Shown here: piece after piece, positions 8,537-18,128 of the stretch
Layout of the letters: each line of letters starts with the position of its first letter
How positions within the stretch are numbered: the first letter of the stretch is position 1
NCBI GenBank assembly: GCA_025999155.1
Contig: AP026679.1
Coordinates: forward strand, 400,699 to 464,698
Direction of reading: 5' to 3'
Length of the DNA: 64,000 nucleotides
Origin: Candidatus Dojkabacteria bacterium
GTDB taxonomy: Bacteria > Patescibacteriota > Dojkabacteria > JAOAGR01
Position numbers and translations under genes: made by a program
The notes under the pieces: generated by a model
Told to the model about the DNA's origin: nothing
The model's database searches: none
The model's input: only the letters and a program-made list of their open reading frames with translations

Positions 8537-11101
8537 ATGAGAATACCAATTAGTTGGCTAAAAGAATACGTAGATCTACCACAAGATCTCAAGACATTTA
8601 CCGATAAAATGTCCATGATTGGGCATATGTTGGATAAAATAGAAGTTACTGATACAGACACAGTGATCGATCTTGAATTGAGAGGTAATAGAGCAGACTG
8701 TTATGCAATTTTAGGATTAGCAAGAGAATGGTATGCATGTAATGGGGGAAGGTTTGATGTTCCGAATATAACAGCTGATACACAAGCAGCATTGAAATCA
8801 AAACAATACAGCAGCATTAAAGTAGAAATTCATTCATCAGATGTGTACAGATTCTATTCTACAGTCATTCGAGGAGTAAAAGTCAGGCCTAGTCCAGCAT
8901 GGCTACAATCACGTCTAAAAGATTACGGTATTAATCCCATCAATAACATAGTCGATATTACTAATTACGTTATGGTAGAAACAGGCATGCCGATGCATGC
9001 TTTTGATCTAGTAAAAATTGATGGTAACAGATTGATAATAAGAAACTCTCAAAAAGGAGAAAGATTTTTTACATTCGAAGGTACAGAAAAAGAATTGACT
9101 GGCACAGAAACTGTTTTTGCAAGCGAAAATTCTGTACTAGGTTTAGTAGGAATAATAGGATCAAAAGACTCCGGAATAAGTAATAATACACAAGATATAT
9201 TATTAGAATGCGCTGCTTACGACCGAGTAGCTATTCGAAAAACAAAAATAAGACTAAATCTACATACAGAAGCAGCACTTAGGCATTCGCATGATTTATC
9301 TGCATCTTTATGTGACTACGCTCTAGCAAGAGCTACGGATATGATTATTCAATTAGCTTGTGATGGGGACTACTCTTGTATCGAGGGGTACCATGACTAT
9401 TATCCAAACCCAGAAAAACCAAAGCAAATTTTATATAACCCATCAGAAGTAAAAAGACTTGGAGGCATAGATGTAGACGTAGATATTCAAGCAGATATTT
9501 TAAAACGATTAGAATTCAAAGTCGAAAAAAAAGAAAACTCAAATAATTTATTAATTACTGTACCTTTATTCAGAACTGATATATTTGAATCTGCAGATAT
9601 TGTCGAAGAAATTCTGCGTATTTATGGCTATGAGAACATTCCGTCAAGAATCCTTGAGGACACGATACCAGAGCCGATCATACTAAAGGATTTGGAAATT
9701 GAAGACAAGGTACGGGACTTATTAGTTAGCATGGGACTTAATGAAGTGATCACTGTTCCAATGGTGACTTTGGACGAATTAGAAAAAACATTTGATCCTC
9801 TAGCAAGTAGGGCAATACCTTTGATCAATCCGCCAACAAGCTACCATACGCATATGCGTACTAATATGTACACAACGCTATTACAAGTTGCAAAAAGAGT
9901 CATAGACCGTGGTGATAAAAATGTATCAATATTCGAGGTAGGTAAAATATATTTTAAACAAGATCAAAATAATCCGATACCGAATTTTCCTCATAAGCTA
10001 GAATTTCCTTATGTGGAAAAAAGAAAAATAAGCCTACTATTTGCTTCAAAAAAGAATGAATGGGATTTCTATCGAGTAAAAGGCATAATTGAAGAAACTC
10101 TTGATCAGTTAGGTATAAGTAACGTTGAGTACAACAGATATGAAAATCCGCAGTATGCTTTAGCCGCAGAAATTACTCAAAACGGCCTTAAAATTGGTTG
10201 TGTAGGCATAATAAACAATGCTATAAATAGGAACTTTGATATAATTCCAACCGTTTATGTGTCTATTTTAGATGTAGAAGCGCTGGTGAAAGCAGAAAAA
10301 ACCATGAAAAGTTATCTGCCTTATTCTCAATACCCGTCAATTGAACTTGACATGTCGGTGCTTGTGCCATTTGAAGTAGAGGCAGCTTCACTAAAAAAAG
10401 AAATCATCAAAAGTGGAAATAATCTCATCAGATCTGTCGAAATAGTTGATTATATTGAGAAATCAGGGAAAAAATCTATTTTATTCAGAATACACTATCA
10501 ATCTAAAGAGCGCACTCTATCTCTTGATGAAGTGAATGAATTACACATATTGATAGAGAATATTCTTAAATCGAGATTTGGTGTCATTATTCAGGGTAGA
10601 GACGATATACAGGATAAGATTATTCCAATAACAAATAAAAAGGAATTAATTAATAGGTCATCGAAAACATTATCCAATGTTCATCATGAATTAATTGAGT
10701 CAACGAATCGATTTATTGTCATTGGAAGAATATTAGAAGTCACAAAACACCCAAACGCAGATAAATTAGTAATATGTAAAGTAGATGTGGGTAAAGCTAA
10801 ACCAGAAAATACTTTATATCCTGATTACTTACAAATAATAACAGGGGCAGAAAATATCAGGCCTATAGAATCACATGGAAAAATTGTACCTGTCGCACTC
10901 CCAGGAGCAATAGTCAAATCTCATCATACAAGTGAAAAAATTAAAATAAAAATTAGTAAAATAAGAGGTGAAGTTTCGGAAGGCATGTTATGCTCTGCGG
11001 ATGAACTAGAATTAGATTACCCAGGATATGATGGAATTTTGATACTGGACGATGCGTTACGCGATAGGGTAGGTGAAGTGTTTGAACGTAAATCAATATG
11101 A
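8537..11101 (+). CDS. pheT: phenylalanine--tRNA ligase beta subunit with C-terminal tRNA-binding (EMAP/Trbp111-like) OB domain
   Basis: The N-terminus 'MRIPISWLKEYVDL' is followed directly by the B3/B4 motif 'GNRADCYAILGLAREW', then the B5 and catalytic-like core. The canonical tRNA_bind OB signature 'HPNADKLVICKVDVG...EGMLCS' sits at the extreme C-terminus (residues ~735-840) instead of near the N-terminus. Confidence 0.85.
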   Translation: MRIPISWLKEYVDLPQDLKTFTDKMSMIGHMLDKIEVTDTDTVIDLELRGNRADCYAILGLAREWYACNGGRFDVPNITADTQAALKSKQYSSIKVEIHSSDVYRFYSTVIRGVKVRPSPAWLQSRLKDYGINPINNIVDITNYVMVETGMPMHAFDLVKIDGNRLIIRNSQKGERFFTFEGTEKELTGTETVFASENSVLGLVGIIGSKDSGISNNTQDILLECAAYDRVAIRKTKIRLNLHTEAALRHSHDLSASLCDYALARATDMIIQLACDGDYSCIEGYHDYYPNPEKPKQILYNPSEVKRLGGIDVDVDIQADILKRLEFKVEKKENSNNLLITVPLFRTDIFESADIVEEILRIYGYENIPSRILEDTIPEPIILKDLEIEDKVRDLLVSMGLNEVITVPMVTLDELEKTFDPLASRAIPLINPPTSYHTHMRTNMYTTLLQVAKRVIDRGDKNVSIFEVGKIYFKQDQNNPIPNFPHKLEFPYVEKRKISLLFASKKNEWDFYRVKGIIEETLDQLGISNVEYNRYENPQYALAAEITQNGLKIGCVGIINNAINRNFDIIPTVYVSILDVEALVKAEKTMKSYLPYSQYPSIELDMSVLVPFEVEAASLKKEIIKSGNNLIRSVEIVDYIEKSGKKSILFRIHYQSKERTLSLDEVNELHILIENILKSRFGVIIQGRDDIQDKIIPITNKKELINRSSKTLSNVHHELIESTNRFIVIGRILEVTKHPNADKLVICKVDVGKAKPENTLYPDYLQIITGAENIRPIESHGKIVPVALPGAIVKSHHTSEKIKIKISKIRGEVSEGMLCSADELELDYPGYDGILILDDALRDRVGEVFERKSI

Positions 11102-11190
11102 AGTATGTTATTCATGATACGGCTGTAAAGCTGCTAAATAATCAGCGGTAAAAAGCAGAAGGATATACGTATAAAATAAATCGTCTAGAT

Positions 11191-11511
11191 TTAAGAGTTT
11201 TTATTTACAAAATCTTTTAATCGTCTATCAAGTTCCCTCCAATTCGGTAAAAATATGTTCATATAGCTCTTCCATAGAGGTCCATGGTTAGCCACCCTGA
11301 AGTGTAATAACTCATGCACAATCACATATTCTCCTAATTGTTTGTCCATTTCCAGAAGCTCATCATTAAAATTCAGATTCCCTTTTGTAGAACAAGAAGC
11401 CCATTTATTTCTCATAGGACGCAGATAAATAGAGGCTACTTTTACATCTAGTAAAGAAGCCCAAGATAATACGACAGCCTTAAATTCTGCTTTATCTTTC
11501 CAATAGTTCAT
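11191..11511 (-). CDS. DUF45/YgjP-like (M48/WLM-type) zinc metallohydrolase, HExxH
   Basis: The motif 'HELLHF' (HExxH) is present in a ~100-aa protein. Its start overlaps the hsdR stop by 4 nt, the known YgjP-type accessory position downstream of type I hsdR genes. Confidence 0.6.
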   Translation of the reverse strand: MNYWKDKAEFKAVVLSWASLLDVKVASIYLRPMRNKWASCSTKGNLNFNDELLEMDKQLGEYVIVHELLHFRVANHGPLWKSYMNIFLPNWRELDRRLKDFVNKNS

Positions 11512-14429
11512 TTGCTTTGACCAAGCAATAGTCTAAAAATATTGTCTACAATAGAAGTTAAATTATCAAGATCATCAATTGATTTATACAATTCTATAGT
11601 TACGTTTTGCCGTACCTCCCGCATCATATGCCCACTAAAACGCCACTCAGTATTTTCTTCCAAAATAGTTTTTATTCTTTTTGCGATACCTATTGAATTA
11701 TACGTAACTACTGGTTCAATTTCTTTATGCAGAAAAAAAGTTAAATCATCTAATTTCAATCTAGCCTGCTCTTTTTTACGAAGTTCATTCTTCTTGATCT
11801 CATCAAAAAGCATTTGAAGTGCTTCACCTGTTGATAATTGACGGTTTTCATACTGTTCCTGTATTTGCTTAGCACGTTCTGCCATCACAAACAAAAACGG
11901 GTCACCACTGTGTTCTTCAGCAACTTTTTGAATACTTTTGATCAAATTGATTACTTTTATATTGTCACTGTATCCTTTTTGTTTGATTATATCGATCGTT
12001 TTTTCATTTATCTCAATAATATCGTTAACAGGAATAAACCCATAAGCAACGATATGTTCTCTGACAAGCTCATAAGTCTTATTTAGTAATTCTTTATCAA
12101 TATATGTCTTTTTCGAATAAGCATTACGCACTATTTGATACATGGATGCAAATAATTTATAAGAATCTAAATAATTCCTCAAAAATGGATCTGGAGAAAT
12201 GATCTCATATAGCATCTCGCATTCTTTGTATTCTTTAAAAAATTCTTTTCTTTTATCTTTATCACGAAAGTATTCAATAAGATTATCCACATCTTTATCA
12301 TTAAAATTATTTTTAATCAGTCTCAGATATTCTGGTACTTTACTCTCCATTTTGCTTTTGAATGAAGCTTTTAAAAGATCAATATCCTTGACAGTAGCAT
12401 TTATCTCATCCGTATCAAAAGAAAGAGCTTGTTCGAGTTTTTCAAATATACCAATAAAATCAAGTACAAAACCATGTGGTTTTACCATTTCGAGTGCTTC
12501 GTTCTCATACGGTCTATTTACACGGGCAATAGTTTGTAGAAGTGTATGGTCACGCATCGGTTTGTCGAGATACATAGCATAGAGAATCGGCGCGTCAAAT
12601 CCTGTCAAAAGTTTTTCCGTAACAATCAGTATTTTAGGAAGTTCTCCGTATTGAGTAAAAGATTTTCTTATTTGTCGCTCTTTATTTTCATCAAGATGGA
12701 ATTCCTTTAGAAGTGGAGAGTCATTATTATTGCCAGTATATACGACAACAGAATATTCCGGTGGTAAATATTTATCTAAAGCCTTTTTATAATAGGCACA
12801 TGCTTCACGATCTACAGCAACCAAAAACGCCTTATAGCCTAATGGTTCGACATTTTTTCGGTAATGTTCTGCAACAAAACATGCAATCTTATCAATACGA
12901 TCCTTTGCCTTCAGGAAACTCTTGAGGTTTACAGCCTTATCTAAAATTTTATTTAATTCGTCTATATCAGAAATACCTTGAGCTTCTGTAAGTGATAAAA
13001 ATTCTTTATCTAATTGTTCATACGGTACACGCATCTCATTAGGTGCAAGATTGTAATATAGAGGCAATGTTGTACCATCAGCTATACTCTCGGAGATCGA
13101 ATATTTATGTAAGTAGCCTTTTTCATCATCCATGCCAAAAGTTTTAAAAGTACCTCTTCCATAAGCTGTTTTGTCAACAGGGGTACCTGTAAAGCCAATA
13201 TAAGTTGCATTGGGAAGGCCAGCCATAAGATAATTACCCAGATCGCCTCCGGTGGTCCGGTGTGCTTCATCAATGAGAACAAAAATATTACTGCGGGTAT
13301 TGATATTAGCCGGCATATCACGAAATTTATGAATCATAGAAACAATAATGCCGCGATAATCGCTTCTTAGAAGTTCGTTTAACCTTGCTATGTTGTAGGC
13401 ATGTTCTACATTATTGATACCGAGAGAACGTAAATTCTTGATCATCTGGTCTTCCAGTTCATTACGGTCAATCAAAAGTATAATGGTAGGTTTCTCATGC
13501 TTTGGTGCCTTAAAAAGCATTTCAGCAGCTTTTATCATAGTGTATGTTTTACCTGATCCTTGAGTGTGCCAGATGAGTCCCCGTTTCTTAACAGGATCGT
13601 GCGAGCGTTCTAGTATTTTTTCTACAGCCTGGACCTGATGCTGCCTCAAAATAAACTTACTGAGTTCTTCGTCCTTTTCGGCAAAGATTATGAAATTTTT
13701 TATAAATGCCAAAACCTGCGGGATAGAGAAAAAAGTTTTTACCTTTTTTTCAAGGTTTCCTGTCTCCTCTGCTTTCCAATTAAAAATATTTCTACGGACG
13801 GTATTCCATGTAACGCCATAATAAAAACCAATAGCTTCGGTGACCGTAAATATTTGTTCTGGAACAAAAAATTCTGGAGTTTCGTTATGATATCGACGAA
13901 TTTGATCAATTCCCAAGGCAATAGCTTCATCTTTAGTAGCATTTTTGCATTCTATGACCAAAACCGGGATACCGTTAATCAGAAAGACAATATCTTCCCT
14001 GTTACCGTAGTAGCCATTATACCAATAAAATTCTTCAGTTACTTCAAAGACATTGTTTTTGGGATTTTCGTAATCGATGACTATCAAATTCAGATCGCGA
14101 TTTTCTTCTTTGCAGTAATAGATGCCTTCATTTCGCAGATATTTCAAAAAATCCCGATTTCCGTAAATGTCCGGCTTTATAGAAGTAAATGTCTTGATGA
14201 GAGATGCTTTGTTTTCGGAATATTTTGGATTAAATTCCTTTACCTTAGCAAACAACAAATCTTCAAAATAGAGAGAGGCCGTCCGGCATCGCAGCTGAAT
14301 ATTATTTGATTCATTATTAAACCCCCTCCGTTTTTCTGCTTCGGATCTATCAACGTAAATCCAGCCAATCTCCTGAGCGTATTGTAGGATACGGGATTGA
14401 ACGGTTTTATGTTCGGTTGGTGTGTGCAT
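11508..14429 (-). CDS. hsdR: type I restriction enzyme R subunit
   Basis: It has the SF2 helicase motif I 'HTQGSGKTYTM', motif II 'LIDEAHRT' and 'GFTGTP', in a 973-aa protein with an N-terminal nuclease region. It lies immediately downstream of hsdS on the same strand. Confidence 0.9.
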   Translation of the reverse strand: MHTPTEHKTVQSRILQYAQEIGWIYVDRSEAEKRRGFNNESNNIQLRCRTASLYFEDLLFAKVKEFNPKYSENKASLIKTFTSIKPDIYGNRDFLKYLRNEGIYYCKEENRDLNLIVIDYENPKNNVFEVTEEFYWYNGYYGNREDIVFLINGIPVLVIECKNATKDEAIALGIDQIRRYHNETPEFFVPEQIFTVTEAIGFYYGVTWNTVRRNIFNWKAEETGNLEKKVKTFFSIPQVLAFIKNFIIFAEKDEELSKFILRQHQVQAVEKILERSHDPVKKRGLIWHTQGSGKTYTMIKAAEMLFKAPKHEKPTIILLIDRNELEDQMIKNLRSLGINNVEHAYNIARLNELLRSDYRGIIVSMIHKFRDMPANINTRSNIFVLIDEAHRTTGGDLGNYLMAGLPNATYIGFTGTPVDKTAYGRGTFKTFGMDDEKGYLHKYSISESIADGTTLPLYYNLAPNEMRVPYEQLDKEFLSLTEAQGISDIDELNKILDKAVNLKSFLKAKDRIDKIACFVAEHYRKNVEPLGYKAFLVAVDREACAYYKKALDKYLPPEYSVVVYTGNNNDSPLLKEFHLDENKERQIRKSFTQYGELPKILIVTEKLLTGFDAPILYAMYLDKPMRDHTLLQTIARVNRPYENEALEMVKPHGFVLDFIGIFEKLEQALSFDTDEINATVKDIDLLKASFKSKMESKVPEYLRLIKNNFNDKDVDNLIEYFRDKDKRKEFFKEYKECEMLYEIISPDPFLRNYLDSYKLFASMYQIVRNAYSKKTYIDKELLNKTYELVREHIVAYGFIPVNDIIEINEKTIDIIKQKGYSDNIKVINLIKSIQKVAEEHSGDPFLFVMAERAKQIQEQYENRQLSTGEALQMLFDEIKKNELRKKEQARLKLDDLTFFLHKEIEPVVTYNSIGIAKRIKTILEENTEWRFSGHMMREVRQNVTIELYKSIDDLDNLTSIVDNIFRLLLGQSK

Positions 14430-14556
14430 ATTTGGCCTCCATTAGCATCTGATATTGCATTTGATACAGAATTTTACCTTATTTATGTAAATTTATTTAT
14501 CCATTATGAATTTGGCCAAATATACATTTGTGATCTTTCACGCACGTTGTAATAAA

Positions 14557-14604
14557 ATACGCACCCGGTTGGGAATAATCGTAATCCGGTAGGCGTATTT
14601 TTTT
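14557..14604. terminator. hairpin + T-run between hsdS and hsdR (possible bidirectional terminator/attenuator)
   Basis: An imperfect ~10-bp stem 'atacgcacccgg...ccggtaggcgtat' is followed by 'ttttttt' on the + strand. Read on the minus (coding) strand, the hairpin is followed by the weaker U-rich 'tttatt'. Confidence 0.3.
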
Positions 14605-14624
14605 GCGTTCTGGATGAGACATTT

Positions 14625-15932
14625 TTATTCCTCCATTTTCAAAAAATCCAAATTTATCTTGTCTACCCTCACCCTTGCTGTCATTAATTCATGCAGCAAG
14701 GTACGAAAAAGTTCTTCAAGTTTTTGTTTTTTAGTGGTGTGATGTTCTATTTTTTGGTCGATGGTGGAGAGGATATCGACAATGGCTTGCTGCTCTATTT
14801 TATCAAATGTCACAGGTATTTTGATTTTTGTAAATTGACCTTTACTCAAAATATTTTTAGGTCCAAATGATGAAATATTCTTTATATAGCTTGAATAAAA
14901 AGTCAAAAGATAATAAACAAAGTTAAAGTTATATTTCTCATTACAAATAATGGAATTAATTTGTTGATTTGTGCAAGATATTTCTTTATAAGTTATGCCA
15001 GTTTTTCCTATTGTTGAACCAATACATACAAACATAACTGTGTTTTTAGGTAAAACTCTTGCAACAGATAGACCTTTGGATGATATTTTATTAATTGATT
15101 CATAAACAAATTTTGTTTTACCTAAATCAGAGGGTCCAATAAAATCAAATTCTTCTGGTTGATAATAGTCTTTAATCGATGTTCTTGGTGTTGTTCCTGT
15201 AATACAATTACCTAATTCCCCCAACCTCACCACCTCCCAGCTTTCGGGTATGGGGCCTATTTCGGTTTGTTTTTGGCTGGTTTCGACTCCGCTCAACCAG
15301 CCAATGCCTTCGGTAAAAAGCTTTTGCATCATTGATTTTTTGAGTTCTTTTGTGCGTTCTATGAGTGTTTTTTCCGTTTCAATGGCTTTCTGCACCGTTG
15401 AGAGAATAGCGGCAATCTTGCGCTGCTCGGGAAGTGGGGGAAGGGGGATAGAAAAAGCATTCAGCTCACTCCTATTGAAACCCGCTTGTACTGCTCTTCC
15501 ACCTCCTAATCCTTTAACGAAAATCTGAAAATCACGCTGATGCAAACGATAGTAAAGAAAAGAATTATCGATTTTTTCGGGATTATTTATGACTTTCACA
15601 ATTGCCACGTTTATTGCTCCGTGTTTTCCTCGAAGAATTTTGCCTACTGACCACCCATATCTTGCAATTAAAACGTCTTCCGGAGAAACCATCCTTAACT
15701 TACTGCTTATCGGGACATATGTAGCATAATCATCAGATTCATAATCTCTGATTTGTAAAAGTCTAACATAGCCTTCTTTCGGTTCATAAGTAAAAACTGA
15801 CTTCGGTGGTTGAGATCCTCCTTGAAATATACAAACCTCCCCCAACCTCACCACATCCCACTCCTTTGGCAGATGGCCGAGTTCGGTCATCTTGTAGCCA
15901 TTGGCTATCTCAGTATTTTTTTGTTCTTTCAT
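14625..15932 (-). CDS. hsdS: type I R-M specificity subunit (two TRDs)
   Basis: Two TRD N-boxes ('EWDVVRLGEVC', 'SWEVVRLGELG') and the central and C-terminal conserved HsdS helices ('LPPLPEQRKIAAIL', 'KIEQQAIVDILSTIDQKIE') are present. Confidence 0.9.
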   Translation of the reverse strand: MKEQKNTEIANGYKMTELGHLPKEWDVVRLGEVCIFQGGSQPPKSVFTYEPKEGYVRLLQIRDYESDDYATYVPISSKLRMVSPEDVLIARYGWSVGKILRGKHGAINVAIVKVINNPEKIDNSFLYYRLHQRDFQIFVKGLGGGRAVQAGFNRSELNAFSIPLPPLPEQRKIAAILSTVQKAIETEKTLIERTKELKKSMMQKLFTEGIGWLSGVETSQKQTEIGPIPESWEVVRLGELGNCITGTTPRTSIKDYYQPEEFDFIGPSDLGKTKFVYESINKISSKGLSVARVLPKNTVMFVCIGSTIGKTGITYKEISCTNQQINSIICNEKYNFNFVYYLLTFYSSYIKNISSFGPKNILSKGQFTKIKIPVTFDKIEQQAIVDILSTIDQKIEHHTTKKQKLEELFRTLLHELMTARVRVDKINLDFLKMEE

Positions 15933-15967
15933 ATTTACAATAGTTCAAAGCTCACTTATACATCTAC

Positions 15968-16262
15968 ATCGCTCCCTTCGACTTCGCTCCCTTCGGCTTC
16001 GCTCAGGGAGCGAGGGGACGGTGGTTGAGCGGAGCCGTCGGTGGTTGAGCGGAGCCGTCGGTGGTTGAGCGGAGCCGTCGGTGGTTGAGCGGAGCCGTCG
16101 GTGGTTGAGCGGAGTCGAAACCACCGACACAATTCAAATTCAAAGACTTCATTCCCTTCGATCTTGCTCCCTTCGACTTCGCTCCCTTCGGCTTCGCTCA
16201 GGGAGCGGGAAGACGGTGGTTGAGTGGAGTCGTCGGTGGTTGAGCGGAGCCGAAACCACCGA
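15968..16262. repeat. GC-rich tandem-repeat island: 15-mer x3, 20-mer 'gtcggtggttgagcggagcc' x5, then a second copy of the module with 20-mer x2
   Basis: Read directly from the sequence. The 15-mer 'gctcccttcg(a/g)cttc' occurs in triplicate and ends in a small hairpin 'cgctcagggagcg'. Five perfect or near-perfect 20-bp tandem units follow at ~16018-16117, ending in the stem-loop 'cggtggtt...aaccaccg'. The whole ~125-170-bp module is duplicated at 16141-16262 with only two 20-mers. GC content is ~60% in a ~33% GC background. Confidence 0.9.
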
Positions 16263-16563
16263 CATAATTCACATGACTACTCTCATTCATACACTTAGCC
16301 AGTTCATGCAATTTTTCAGGCATATTCATTATCAGCGCTTTCTTCTTTTTTCGACTCCATCCTTGTACCTGTTTCTCCCTGTAAAATGCTTCATCTATCC
16401 TGCTGTATTCTTCAAAATAAACTAATTTCACCGGCAAGCGCTTTTTTGTGTAATTCGATCCTTGGCCTGCCTGATGCTGTGCTAATCGTAATTCCAAGTT
16501 AGTTGTACTACCAGTGTAATAGCTACCATCTGCGCATTCCAATATATACATGTATCCTTTCAT
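16198..16563 (-). CDS. GIY-YIG nuclease domain protein (UPF0213/YhbQ-like); C-terminus runs into the repeat island
   Basis: The N-terminus 'MKGYMYILECADGSYYTGSTTNLELRLAQH...' has GIY-YIG motifs (Y..Y..GST, R, E, N). The C-terminal ~30 residues ('VGGFGSAQPPTTPLNHRLPAP') are encoded by the GC-rich repeats. It is inserted between hsdM and hsdS. Confidence 0.65.
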   Translation of the reverse strand: MKGYMYILECADGSYYTGSTTNLELRLAQHQAGQGSNYTKKRLPVKLVYFEEYSRIDEAFYREKQVQGWSRKKKKALIMNMPEKLHELAKCMNESSHVNYVGGFGSAQPPTTPLNHRLPAP

Positions 16564-18128
16564 ATTCCCAATCTTTCAATAATATTTTTTAATTTGCTAT
16601 TAATATCTACAGCTTCCATTTCTAACTCTTTTATCTCTTCCCATATCTCCTCGATTGGACGGTACTCTTCCTCCTCGCTAATGTGAATATAACGGCTCGG
16701 TGATATGTTGTAATCGTTTCTAACTATCTCTTCTTTAGCCACTATTTTGCTAAACTTATCAATCTCTTTCCAACCTAAAAATGTAGAAGTAATCTTTTCT
16801 ATTCCTTCATCAGTAATGTAGTTTTTTGGCGTACCTTTCGCAAACTCCTGCGAAGCATTGACTAAAAGCATCTTATTTTTGCGATCAGCAGGTTTATTTT
16901 TATTCAAAAAAATCACTATACCTGGCGCTGTTGTGTTGTAAAACAAATTTTCAGGTAGATACAAAACCCCTTCTATATAATCATTCTCGACAAACCACTT
17001 GCGTACTTGTTTTTCTTTGTTGGTATTTGCATTCCCAGATCCACGGCTTGCTGCACCAGTATCTAAAACAACAGCGGCTTTTCCCTCTTCCTTTAAACTT
17101 GCCAAAATATGCTGCATCCAACCCCAATCAGCACTTTGTTTACCAGGGAATCCAGCGCCATTCGGAAAGCGACCAAAGGTATCTGCATCATAATCCCTTT
17201 CATCAAACATATCCTGATTCCACATCGGATTGGCAACGACTCGATCAAAAGTCACTAAACGATTATTTTCGCGAAACTTGGGATTGCGAAAAGTATCGCC
17301 AATCTCTATGTGCCCCTCCATATCGTGGATAATCATATTCATATTTGCCATTGCCCATGTTTGAGGAACAAATTCCTGTCCATAAAGCTTAAGGGGTTGA
17401 AATTTTTTAATCTTTTTTGCTTTCATTTTCTCATTCAAAACAATTTGGCACTTGATGAGAAGCCCTGCAGAACCACAGCAAGGGTCATAAATCCACATAC
17501 CAGGCTCAGGGTCCATGATTTTTGCCATGATTAAACCAACTTCTTTGGGAGTATAGAATTCTCCAGCACTTTGACCGCCACCTTCGGCAAATTTTCGAAT
17601 CAGGTATTCATAGCTACGGCCAATGATGTCCGGTTCAACATCATCAAGCCCAAGCCTCTTTTGACTTATTTTTTCAATTAAATTAGACAGGCGGTCATCA
17701 TCAATATCCCGCACTCCGTGGGTGGTGGCGTTAAAATCTATGCGATCAATAATGCCCGAAAGTCTAGGATTTTCTCTCGCTATATCACGCAAATGAGATG
17801 TAAGTTTTTCTCCGATTTTATCGGTAAGTTTACGGATAACAGACCAAACAGGTTCTTCGGGATTTTCGGGTCTAAAAGGTATATAAAAACGAACTAGTTT
17901 TTTATCACGATCTACCAGTTCAAAAGCCTTTGCTCGCGAACCAACTTCTTTAGCAAATCTGTCGATTTCATCGTCAAATACATCACAAAGCCTTTTTACA
18001 AAGATTAAAGGTAAAATAAAATCTTTATACTTGCTAGCATCCTGAGCGCCTCGAATGCTACAAGCAGCATCCCATATCCATGATTCCATTGATTTGTTTA
18101 ATTCATTGTTTTTAGATTCTTTTGTCAT
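16560..18128 (-). CDS. hsdM: type I R-M N6-adenine DNA methyltransferase subunit
   Basis: It has the HsdM N-terminal helical domain, the SAM motif 'DPCCGSAGLL' and the catalytic motif 'ANPMW' (an NPPF/W variant). Its stop overlaps the GIY-YIG ORF start by 4 nt. Confidence 0.85.
   Translation of the reverse strand: MTKESKNNELNKSMESWIWDAACSIRGAQDASKYKDFILPLIFVKRLCDVFDDEIDRFAKEVGSRAKAFELVDRDKKLVRFYIPFRPENPEEPVWSVIRKLTDKIGEKLTSHLRDIARENPRLSGIIDRIDFNATTHGVRDIDDDRLSNLIEKISQKRLGLDDVEPDIIGRSYEYLIRKFAEGGGQSAGEFYTPKEVGLIMAKIMDPEPGMWIYDPCCGSAGLLIKCQIVLNEKMKAKKIKKFQPLKLYGQEFVPQTWAMANMNMIIHDMEGHIEIGDTFRNPKFRENNRLVTFDRVVANPMWNQDMFDERDYDADTFGRFPNGAGFPGKQSADWGWMQHILASLKEEGKAAVVLDTGAASRGSGNANTNKEKQVRKWFVENDYIEGVLYLPENLFYNTTAPGIVIFLNKNKPADRKNKMLLVNASQEFAKGTPKNYITDEGIEKITSTFLGWKEIDKFSKIVAKEEIVRNDYNISPSRYIHISEEEEYRPIEEIWEEIKELEMEAVDINSKLKNIIERLGI

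Noticed and set aside
16018-16117. Possible CRISPR array (regularly spaced identical 20-mers)
   Set aside because: The units are directly abutting tandem repeats with no intervening unique spacers. The unit length of 20 bp is too short, and no cas genes are nearby.
15810-16425. ORF-track entries 15810..16028(+), 15945..16130(-), 16081..16425(+) encoding RRLRSTT/SLRLRS repeats
   Set aside because: These are translations of the GC-rich tandem-repeat island in alternative frames. Their periodic amino-acid repeats simply mirror the 20-bp DNA repeat, and they overlap one another.
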